From IMG/VR virus record IMGVR_UViG_3300029818_000005, positions 1-39,057 of that record: a stretch of DNA of 39,057 nt; one strand, 5' to 3'. The translations under genes were made by a program, and so were the position numbers. The notes below the pieces were generated by a model that was not told where the DNA came from, did not search any database, and saw only the letters and a program-made list of their open reading frames with translations. Source of the stretch: a virus. Shown here piece by piece: positions 30,985-36,995 of this stretch (position 1 is the first letter of the stretch; each line of letters begins with the position of its first letter).

Positions 30985-31310
30985 ACACCATGATCTACAA
31001 GCGCTACGCGGCCCGCATCGAGTACGATCCGGAAGATCGCATCTTCGTCGGCCACGTTGCCGGCATCCGCGATGTTGTGGGATTCCACGGGTCCACGGTG
31101 GACGAACTGGAGCAGGCGTTCCATGCTGCGGTGGACGATTACACCGAGGCATGCAGCAAGCTGGGGCAGCGCCCAGAGCGGCCGGCGAGCGGCAAGATAC
31201 TGCTGAGGGTGTCGCCGGATTTGCACGCCGTCGCGATCCGCGCCGCCGAGCTCGCCGGCAAAAGCCTCAATCAGTGGGCGGCCGACACTCTTGGGCAGGC
31301 GGCGCGGTGA
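30981..31310 (+). CDS. hicB: HicB-family antitoxin (RHH C-terminus)
   Basis: ATGA overlap with hicA. YKRYAARIEYDPEDRIFVGHVAGIRDVVGFHGSTVDELEQAF...SGKILLRVSPDLH...KSLNQW. Confidence 0.85.
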   Translation: MNTMIYKRYAARIEYDPEDRIFVGHVAGIRDVVGFHGSTVDELEQAFHAAVDDYTEACSKLGQRPERPASGKILLRVSPDLHAVAIRAAELAGKSLNQWAADTLGQAAR

Positions 31311-31389
31311 TCGGCTACACCCCGCGTGGCGCAGGCGTTGGGTTACCGGGTGTGGCTGGAATGGCGGCGGCGTGATGTTCGCTGCATTC

Positions 31390-32259
31390 TCAGCGGGTCA
31401 ATTCGCGCATCCACGCCTTGGCGCTCAGCGCCTCGCCGGTGTCGGTACGCACGACTTCGCCGACGATGCGGTCGTAGCGGAATGTGCGCTCGGCTTGGCG
31501 CTCCATGCAGTATCCAGCAAAGCATTGCCTGTCCGCGCGATGCACTACTACTTCTCGGTCGGTCACGTTGCCGAAAGCGTCTTCGTAGGTAAATGTCACG
31601 CGCTCAGGTCCTACTGCAGCAGTTGAACCATCCCAACCGCCATCTCCGCGATGCGACACATCGTGCATGGGAGAGCGCAGCAAGCGGATACCGTCGTCAT
31701 GATTGGGTGTTTCGAGGCGCGCGGATTTTTCCAGATCCCGCCTTGCGCAGAGTTCGCGCACAGACGCTGCGGCCCGTTCTCGCTGGAGACGCAGGCGCTC
31801 GGGTAAGGTTTCGAGCGCGATGAGTCGTTGCCTTTCGCGCTCTTCGCGCTCCTCGCGCAGGCGGCTTTCCTCCGCTTCGCGCCGAGCACGCGCCTCTTGC
31901 GCGGTTTGAGCGTCGGCCTGGCGCCATGCGTCTTTTGTTTCTGCCTTGAATCGCAGCCACTCCGCACGGATATTGCCAACCTGTGCGCTGATCGCTGTCA
32001 GCTTCGGCAGCATCAGCAGCGCGGCGATCATCGAAACGCTTGCAACCGTGCCTGGGAGGCGCACGCCGATGCCAAGCAGCATCGCCAGAAACCACACGGC
32101 GCTGCCGCCGAACAGTCCGGCGAGATGGCGCAATACGGCATGCCGGCCGGCCATTCGACCGCGTTGCGCGATCACCGCCCATACCGCCGCGAACAAGATC
32201 AGGCTGGCGATGATCAGAAATCCTTCTGCCGCTGTTGGCGGCTGCGGCTCAGGCGACAT
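31390..32259 (-). CDS. Unrecognised protein: 3 TM helices, E/R-rich coiled coil, WYL-like C-terminal domain (gene C of the repressor operon)
   Basis: TM segments FLIIASLILFAAVWAVIA, LAGLFGGSAVWFLAMLLGIGV and VASVSMIAALLMLPKL. Coiled coil ARARREAEESRLREEREERERQRL. C-terminus VTFTYEDAFGNVTDREVVV...CFAGYCMERQAERTFRYDRIVGEV. GGAGG 5 nt upstream of the ATG. Confidence 0.7.
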   Translation of the reverse strand: MSPEPQPPTAAEGFLIIASLILFAAVWAVIAQRGRMAGRHAVLRHLAGLFGGSAVWFLAMLLGIGVRLPGTVASVSMIAALLMLPKLTAISAQVGNIRAEWLRFKAETKDAWRQADAQTAQEARARREAEESRLREEREERERQRLIALETLPERLRLQRERAAASVRELCARRDLEKSARLETPNHDDGIRLLRSPMHDVSHRGDGGWDGSTAAVGPERVTFTYEDAFGNVTDREVVVHRADRQCFAGYCMERQAERTFRYDRIVGEVVRTDTGEALSAKAWMRELTR

Positions 32260-32752
32260 CACGGCCTCCGTGAGCCACGGGGGAGCTGCGGCGCGCACGC
32301 CACCATCGCGCCAACCGCTTGAACGGCGCTTCGCGCTTCGGTGGGTCTTCGCGCGCGGCGATCTCCACCACCAGCTCGGCCCAGCGGCGCTCGGCGGCGG
32401 CCACTACGCGACGGTGCCGGCGGCGCACGTCGTAGAGCGCGAACAATATAGCGACCGCGATCAGCCCACCCATCCACAGCAGCGCCGGGCCTGCTTGATG
32501 GCGATCGGCTTCCGGGGCGCCAAGCAAGCTCAAGCTGAGCACGCCGATTACCAGCACTGCGGCAAGAAATGGCACCAGCAGCACGGTCAACGCCAGCGCT
32601 TCGTGGCGCCGCGCCGCGCTGTGCAGGCGATCACGTGCAGTTTGCAGATCGGCCAGCGGCAAGGTTTGAATCCACTCGGGCGCACCGCCGATGTGGATCG
32701 TCTGGTCGCGTATGTACAGGTGCTGCGCGATGTTGCCGGCACGCTCAGCCAT
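32249..32752 (-). CDS. Unrecognised 2-TM protein with an N-terminal QTIHIGG motif (gene B)
   Basis: TGATG overlap with gene A. TM segments ALALTVLLVPFLAAVLVIGVLSLSLL and ALLWMGGLIAVAILFALY. Arg-rich tail. Confidence 0.65.
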   Translation of the reverse strand: MAERAGNIAQHLYIRDQTIHIGGAPEWIQTLPLADLQTARDRLHSAARRHEALALTVLLVPFLAAVLVIGVLSLSLLGAPEADRHQAGPALLWMGGLIAVAILFALYDVRRRHRRVVAAAERRWAELVVEIAAREDPPKREAPFKRLARWWRARRSSPVAHGGRDVA

Positions 32753-32955
32753 CACGGTGTCTTTGCCTTTGTCGGCGGCGCCGTTTGGTGGATCGTCTGC
32801 GAGCCGATATGCACGATACCGGCGTTGACTACGGTGCTGCCGCAGATATGCACGTTGCCCGCAGCCGGTGTTGCGGCCGGCACGGCCGCCGCCAGGGCTT
32901 CGTCTAGTTGCCGGCGGGCCTCAACAACGGCGGCATTGATGTCATCGTCTCGCAT
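32752..32955 (-). CDS. Unrecognised 67-aa protein carrying NVHICG, IVHIGS and TIHQ repeats (gene A)
   Basis: Starts 3 nt after the repressor stop. The codon third position is GC-rich. Confidence 0.55.
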   Translation of the reverse strand: MRDDDINAAVVEARRQLDEALAAAVPAATPAAGNVHICGSTVVNAGIVHIGSQTIHQTAPPTKAKTP

Positions 32956-32958
32956 GCG

Positions 32959-33474
32959 CTATTCCTGCTTGGGGTGATCGGCCAGTTCTTCGGTAAGGAC
33001 TTTCTGCAGGGCCTCATCGAGTGCGCGGCGGCTAGCAGCGAGCGCAACGCCAGCCGCCAGGCTTTGATAGGCCAGCACGATGGCCCTGGCTAGCGCCGCG
33101 TCGGTGGGCAGCAGGCGTTTGCGCCGAAAGGCATCCATCGCCTCGCTGACCGCCCGGCTCAGCAACACCGGGTCGGGGCGGTGCGACAGCGGGCTGATCG
33201 TCACGGTCTCGATGGCCGTGGTTGCGACGCCGATATGGACGGTGCCGTGCGGCTGATCCATCCAGCCTTGGGCCAGGCCGAACGTGCGCTCTATGGCGCG
33301 GGCTAGCGCATGCCCGATGCCCTTTGGGTTCGTCTCAGAAATCCATTGGCTGACTTGCGCCTGGGACCAGTCCCCTGACTTTTCTGCAAACTTGGTTGGC
33401 CCACCCTCTCGGGTTACCAAGGCGCGGATGTTCATGGTCCTGGCAGTCTTCGCATCCATGTGCTCATAGTGCAT
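32959..33474 (-). CDS. CI-type repressor: XRE-family HTH N-terminus, helical C-terminus, no S24 peptidase domain recognisable
   Basis: MNIRALVTREGGPTKFAEKSGDWSQAQVSQWISETNPKGIGHALARAIERTFGLAQGWMDQP. The start is uncertain: ATG 33474, 33459 or 33435. The longest ORF (to 33546) would overlap the cro ATG. Confidence 0.7.
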   Translation of the reverse strand: MHYEHMDAKTARTMNIRALVTREGGPTKFAEKSGDWSQAQVSQWISETNPKGIGHALARAIERTFGLAQGWMDQPHGTVHIGVATTAIETVTISPLSHRPDPVLLSRAVSEAMDAFRRKRLLPTDAALARAIVLAYQSLAAGVALAASRRALDEALQKVLTEELADHPKQE

Positions 33475-33478
33475 GGCG

Positions 33479-33493
33479 TTACCACGGCGGTAA
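33479..33493. promoter_or_regulatory. Operator OR1: TTACC-ACGGC-GGTAA (perfect half-sites)
   Basis: 15-bp inverted repeat between the repressor start and the PR -35. Confidence 0.6.
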
Positions 33494-33508
33494 ATGACCG
33501 AAAGGGTA

Positions 33509-33537
33509 TTGCAACCGCGTAACCGATACGGTAATGT
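33509..33537 (+). promoter_or_regulatory. PR-type promoter: -35 TTGCAA, 17-nt spacer, -10 TAATGT
   Basis: gtaTTGCAAccgcgtaaccgatacggTAATGTcttgggcATG. The -10 ends 7 nt before the cro ATG. Confidence 0.6.
33520..33534. promoter_or_regulatory. Operator OR2: TAACC-GATAC-GGTAA
   Basis: Overlaps the PR spacer and -10 in the same register as OL1 at PL (GGTAATGT). Confidence 0.6.
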
Positions 33538-33544
33538 CTTGGGC

Positions 33545-33820
33545 ATGAATATCTCAGCCTACACGCGCGCCGAGGGTGGAACCGGCAAAATCAATTGCCC
33601 AGTGCTCGCCCGCGTGGCAGATCGCGCCGGATGCAGCTTCCGGACGCTGTACATGATTGCGCTCGGGCACAAGCGCGCGTCCCCGCAACTTGCGCAGCGC
33701 ATTCAATCCGCCACGGACGGCGCGGTCTCGATTGCCGAGCTGCGCCCCGACCTCGTTGCAGCGATAGAAGCCGCCGGCTACACCCGCGCAGACCCCACGC
33801 CCACCGAGAAGGCGGCATGA
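33545..33820 (+). CDS. Cro-like HTH regulator
   Basis: First gene after PR, divergent from the repressor. HTH VLARVADRAGCSFRTLYMIALGHKRASPQLAQRI. Confidence 0.65.
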   Translation: MNISAYTRAEGGTGKINCPVLARVADRAGCSFRTLYMIALGHKRASPQLAQRIQSATDGAVSIAELRPDLVAAIEAAGYTRADPTPTEKAA

Positions 33821-33823
33821 GCC

Positions 33824-34105
33824 ATGAAACCTCACTACTGCGTCCGCAACGGCCGACTGATGCGCGTGGCGTCGCCCATGGACACGAAAACCGCCGTTCT
33901 GATCACCGCCCTCGGTGGCCCCACCGCCGTCGCGCGCCGCTTCAAAATCCGCTCGCCCTCGGTGATCGGATGGCGCACGCGCGGCGGCATCCCGGCTGCG
34001 CGCTTGCAGACGCTGCAGGCGATGGCGGTCACCCAGCAAGACATTGCCGCCGCACTCGTTGCGGCCGGTTTCCCTGTGTGCGACAGCGAGCGCGAGGCCG
34101 CCTGA
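33824..34105 (+). CDS. YdaS/Cro-family HTH protein
   Basis: LITALGGPTAVARRFKIRSPSVIGWRTRGGIPAARLQTLQAM matches the YdaS-type pattern. ATG at M19 is an alternative start. Confidence 0.6.
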   Translation: MKPHYCVRNGRLMRVASPMDTKTAVLITALGGPTAVARRFKIRSPSVIGWRTRGGIPAARLQTLQAMAVTQQDIAAALVAAGFPVCDSEREAA

Positions 34106-34375
34106 ATGCCAAACCCTGCCTACATCCCAGCTTCCCTGCGCAGCGTCGGCCGGCCACCCGATCTGCTGACCCATGTCGGCCTTGCGCTGACGGTAGGCGA
34201 TGGCTCGCCAGAGGCAGCTGCGCGGTTTTTTTTGAGCCTGGAAGAGGCCGAGCGGACCGCGCTGGTGCTGTTGGAGGCGGCAGCGCAGCAGCGCTATACG
34301 GCTTTCATCCAATCGTCCAAATCGTCGGGAATGCCGAGCCCGGATGTGTCGCCGGATGAAGGCCAGTTGCAATGA
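34106..34375 (+). CDS. Hypothetical protein
   Basis: ATG directly follows the upstream TGA. The 3' 82 nt overlap the convergent gene 34294..34518. Confidence 0.4.
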   Translation: MPNPAYIPASLRSVGRPPDLLTHVGLALTVGDGSPEAAARFFLSLEEAERTALVLLEAAAQQRYTAFIQSSKSSGMPSPDVSPDEGQLQ

Positions 34376-34518
34376 CCTGCGGCCACTTCGTCCACCGCGT
34401 GCTGCGGGGTTCGGTACGGGCCGTCGAGTACGTTGCCGTCCAACTCCAGCATCCAGCCGGGCGCGTGAAGGCGGATGCCGAAGGTTCCTACTTTCGTCTT
34501 GCGCAGGTAGTGCGCCAT
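34294..34518 (-). CDS. Opposite-strand hypothetical protein (74 aa)
   Basis: MAHYLRKTKVGTFGIRLHAPGWMLELDGNVLDGPYRTPQHAVDEV. The codon third position is about 75% GC by hand count. Confidence 0.5.
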   Translation of the reverse strand: MAHYLRKTKVGTFGIRLHAPGWMLELDGNVLDGPYRTPQHAVDEVAAGHCNWPSSGDTSGLGIPDDLDDWMKAV

Positions 34519-34584
34519 GTCCGTCGATCCTTTGGTTGTTGCGGTGTTTTTCGTGCCGCTGCGGTATCAGGCGGCATGGTCTGC

Positions 34585-34905
34585 TTACCCGACCTTCAGC
34601 TTGGCCAGCAGCGCCAGTCGCGCCTGGTAGGCGTGCCAGTGCGTCGCGCTGTCCGTCGGTACGCAGCCGCCGTTGTACAACCAGATGTGGCCGAGGTCCG
34701 GCGAGCCGTTCCAGCTCAGCTTCGCGGCCAGCGCTGGGCCGAGGTCTTTCAGCGTCACCGCATACGGCACGTAGTCGATGTGCTCGCGCGTGTGGATGCC
34801 CAGCGGTTTGTAGAGCCGATTCAACACCACATGGCCAATCCCTTCCACCTGCTCGATGCAGTAGGGCAGGTAAATGCGGCTGAACTTTTCTGAGGATGCT
34901 CCCAT
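34585..34905 (-). CDS. Opposite-strand hypothetical protein (106 aa)
   Basis: Strong host-like codon bias (ctg/gcg/ggc/aag). GGGAG RBS. MGASSEKFSRIYLPYCIEQVEGIGHVVLNRLYKPLGIHTREH. Confidence 0.65.
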   Translation of the reverse strand: MGASSEKFSRIYLPYCIEQVEGIGHVVLNRLYKPLGIHTREHIDYVPYAVTLKDLGPALAAKLSWNGSPDLGHIWLYNGGCVPTDSATHWHAYQARLALLAKLKVG

Positions 34906-35086
34906 GCAACTGCTCCCTATCGTGATTGTCATTGCGCCACAGGGCGCAGGAAAAAACCGCCACGCCGAGGCATTGATGCAGCGCTTCGGCTGCACCCACA
35001 TCGTAGACGAGTGGGATGGTGTCGCGGAGTTGGCGCCCGGTGCGTTGGCGTTGTGCAACCTCTCGCTTGATGAAGTGGTGGCGTGA
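34904..35086 (+). CDS. 60-aa protein with a Walker-A-like APQGAGKN segment
   Basis: Its ATG shares the CATG tetranucleotide with the divergent gene start at 34905. GTGA-coupled to the next ORF. Confidence 0.45.
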   Translation: MQLLPIVIVIAPQGAGKNRHAEALMQRFGCTHIVDEWDGVAELAPGALALCNLSLDEVVA

Positions 35087-35442
35087 GCATGCGCATCGCC
35101 ACCGTGAGCGAGTTGCAACGCGACGAACTGGCCGATGAACCAGTGAGCCGGGCGTTGGCATTCTTCGCAGAGCGAGAAACCGCGTTGCGGGCCAGGGTGG
35201 ATCAAGCCATGGACGAGTTGGTCGCGCTTGATGCCAAACGCGAAGCCGAGCGTGTAGCTGCATATTGCGCGCTGTTGGAGGCGTCACTGCCGAGCTTGGT
35301 CGCTGCCATCGCCGAGGCTGTGACGAAGTACCAGCGCAAGCGCGGCTACCTCTCGGGCTGTGTCGGGATTGGTTCGTGCGAGCGCAGCAGCGGAGGCGTC
35401 GAGCAAGGCCAGGAGGCGAGCGATGTCGATGTTGGAAAGTAA
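35083..35442 (+). CDS. Hypothetical helical protein
   Basis: Coupled start. The last 159 nt are codon-aligned antisense to 35284..35571, and that part looks low-complexity. Confidence 0.4.
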   Translation: MSMRIATVSELQRDELADEPVSRALAFFAERETALRARVDQAMDELVALDAKREAERVAAYCALLEASLPSLVAAIAEAVTKYQRKRGYLSGCVGIGSCERSSGGVEQGQEASDVDVGK

Positions 35443-35571
35443 TTCCTTCCGGCGCAGCGCATTGAGCACTTCGACACTCACGGTTGCGTGCGCCGTGCGA
35501 ATGGCTTCGAGCTTGAGTGCAACGGTGTCTTCCACGAGCTTCGTCAGCGCTTTCTGCGCGGCGTTTTCCAT
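35284..35571 (-). CDS. Opposite-strand hypothetical helical protein (95 aa)
   Basis: AAGGAGG lies 5 nt upstream of ATG 35571. Natural-looking helical sequence and good codon usage. Confidence 0.6.
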   Translation of the reverse strand: MENAAQKALTKLVEDTVALKLEAIRTAHATVSVEVLNALRRKELLSNIDIARLLALLDASAAALARTNPDTAREVAALALVLRHSLGDGSDQARQ

Positions 35572-35600
35572 GGTGCCCTCCTTGCGGGCTGTTGGTCTGG

Positions 35601-35619
35601 TAACCGCAGCTTACCGCAG
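35601..35619 (+). repeat. Direct repeat TAACCGCAG-c-TTACCGCAG in the 258-bp divergent intergenic region
   Basis: Read directly. It shares the TWACC half-site and 10-bp register with the operators, but in direct orientation. Confidence 0.55.
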
Positions 35620-35829
35620 GGTGGGCGCCACCCCTTTCGCGGCCCGTCGGCGAATGCGCGCCGGCTGCCCCCTCCCCAGGTTGGCGACAGCCGGCGGGCC
35701 GCGAATCTCCTCTCCGGGTCGGGGCGTTGCTGCTCGACACAGCAGCGCGGCCATGGATGGCCCCCGGGGTTTGTTCGTTGATCGTGGTGTTCATGGGGCG
35801 CAAGCGTGCCCGAGCGAGGATGCGCGCGC

Positions 35830-36429
35830 ATGAAGCCTGAGCATCATTTCCTGCCGCCGCGCTCGGCGGTGATTTTCGGCGCGACGCGCCGAATGCTCGA
35901 TGCCACGGCGTTGTGCGTGCGTAAGTTCGCTGCGCGCGTGGCTGATGAATACGCGGCGCGTGTGGCGCCTGATCTGCGTCAGGTGCCGTTCCGGGCCGGG
36001 GTAACGCTCGATGATCTGTGCAAGGCGGAGCGCCACAACGCGCAGATCATCAGCCGGTACATGGACGGCACTGTGAAGGCGATGCCGGCCGATCTGGAAG
36101 ATGCGTGGGTCTGCGCGTTGCCCGAGCCATTCCGTGCCGAGTGCGAGCGTGAGCTGGCGCGTCGGCGCGGTCATCTGCCGGTGCGCTTGAGCCCGCCAAG
36201 CGAGTCCGCAGAGACGATGACGCTTGGGCGGCTGATGAGCGAAGTCGGCGACCTGTGCGCGGCGCTCGCGCCAGCACTAGCAGACGGCCGCTTGACCGAT
36301 GCGGACCTGCCGCATGCGCGGCGAATTCTCGATGAATCCGATGACGTGATTGCGGCGGTGCTTGGCCTGCGTCGGCAGGTGCAGGCGCTGCTGCCTGGCG
36401 ATAAACAGGGGAGGGGTATCGATGCCTGA
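35830..36429 (+). CDS. CII (CP76)-like regulatory protein (tentative)
   Basis: …AQIISRYMDGTVKAMPADLEDAW...TMTLGRLMSEVGDLCAALAPALADGRLTDADL resembles 186-type CII proteins. The start is uncertain (GTG 35806 is possible). Confidence 0.4.
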   Translation: MKPEHHFLPPRSAVIFGATRRMLDATALCVRKFAARVADEYAARVAPDLRQVPFRAGVTLDDLCKAERHNAQIISRYMDGTVKAMPADLEDAWVCALPEPFRAECERELARRRGHLPVRLSPPSESAETMTLGRLMSEVGDLCAALAPALADGRLTDADLPHARRILDESDDVIAAVLGLRRQVQALLPGDKQGRGIDA

Positions 36430-36640
36430 TGAGATGGATGCGGTGCAGGAGCGCGTGCTCGCTGCCACTGCCGAGGCCATTGACCGCGCCCGCGCTGTGG
36501 TGCGTGGTGTCGGCGCGAGCGAATGCGAATGTGGCGAGCCGATTCACCCGGTGCGTCAGCAGATCGGGGCGGTTCGGTGCATCGATTGCCAGGCGGCTGT
36601 CGAGCGGGCTGAAGCGGTCGCTACGGGACGGCGAACATGA
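36422..36640 (+). CDS. TraR/DksA-type C4 zinc-finger protein
   Basis: 72 aa. CECGEPIHPVRQQIGAVRCIDCQ follows the C-x-C...C-x2-C pattern typical of phage TraR-like proteins. Confidence 0.7.
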   Translation: MPDEMDAVQERVLAATAEAIDRARAVVRGVGASECECGEPIHPVRQQIGAVRCIDCQAAVERAEAVATGRRT

Positions 36641-36993
36641 GGCGTCCGGCCAGCAGGTTTCAGGCGATGCGCCCGGCGCAGTCGCGGATGTTTGGGGCGC
36701 GATTGGCTGAGGCTCAGGCTTTGCTTTATGGGCCGAACGATGGACCTGCTCGTGATGCGCAGGTAGAGCGCTGGCTGGCCGATGTCGAGCGCGGGTTTCA
36801 GCCGTCGCCGCAGTTGCCGCTGCCGCTGCCCACGTCACGCGGTACTCGCCCCGCCCCCCCGGACCGCCCGACGACGCTTTGCGAGCAAGGGCAGCAGCAT
36901 GCGGCGCCGGTTGATGGGTCCTCCCTGGGCACACCCCATGCGGGTGGTCGGACCCGCACTTCCTGTGTAGTCAGTGGCGTCGGGGATAACTGA
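36637..36993 (+). CDS. Hypothetical protein (weak)
   Basis: ATGA coupling at the start; the stop lies 2 nt before the primase GTG. The Pro/Gly-rich C-terminal half contains a C7 homopolymer (36854-36860). Confidence 0.35.
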   Translation: MRRPASRFQAMRPAQSRMFGARLAEAQALLYGPNDGPARDAQVERWLADVERGFQPSPQLPLPLPTSRGTRPAPPDRPTTLCEQGQQHAAPVDGSSLGTPHAGGRTRTSCVVSGVGDN

Positions 36994-36995
36994 CC

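Noticed and set aside
34226-34233. T8 tract (cgg ttt ttt ttg) inside ORF 34106..34375, considered as a second -1 frameshift site or a tR-type terminator.
   Set aside because: The -1 frame yields a Gly/Ala-rich 41-aa tail with no recognisable function. The upstream hairpin is weak and bulged. Noted only as an unusual homopolymer in a high-GC genome.
33554-35803. 749-aa ORF on the minus strand, and similar giant antisense ORFs at 15782..18115, 3140..4855 and 7872..9500.
   Set aside because: Their translations are Arg/Pro/Gly/Ala-dominated and look non-protein-like. They lie antisense to well-supported genes. Long stop-free shadow frames are expected at this GC content.
36854-36860. C7 homopolymer in ORF 36637..36993, considered as a phase-variation or sequencing-frameshift site.
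   Set aside because: Alternative frames downstream do not give a more convincing protein, so there is no evidence either way from the sequence alone. It only lowers confidence in that CDS.
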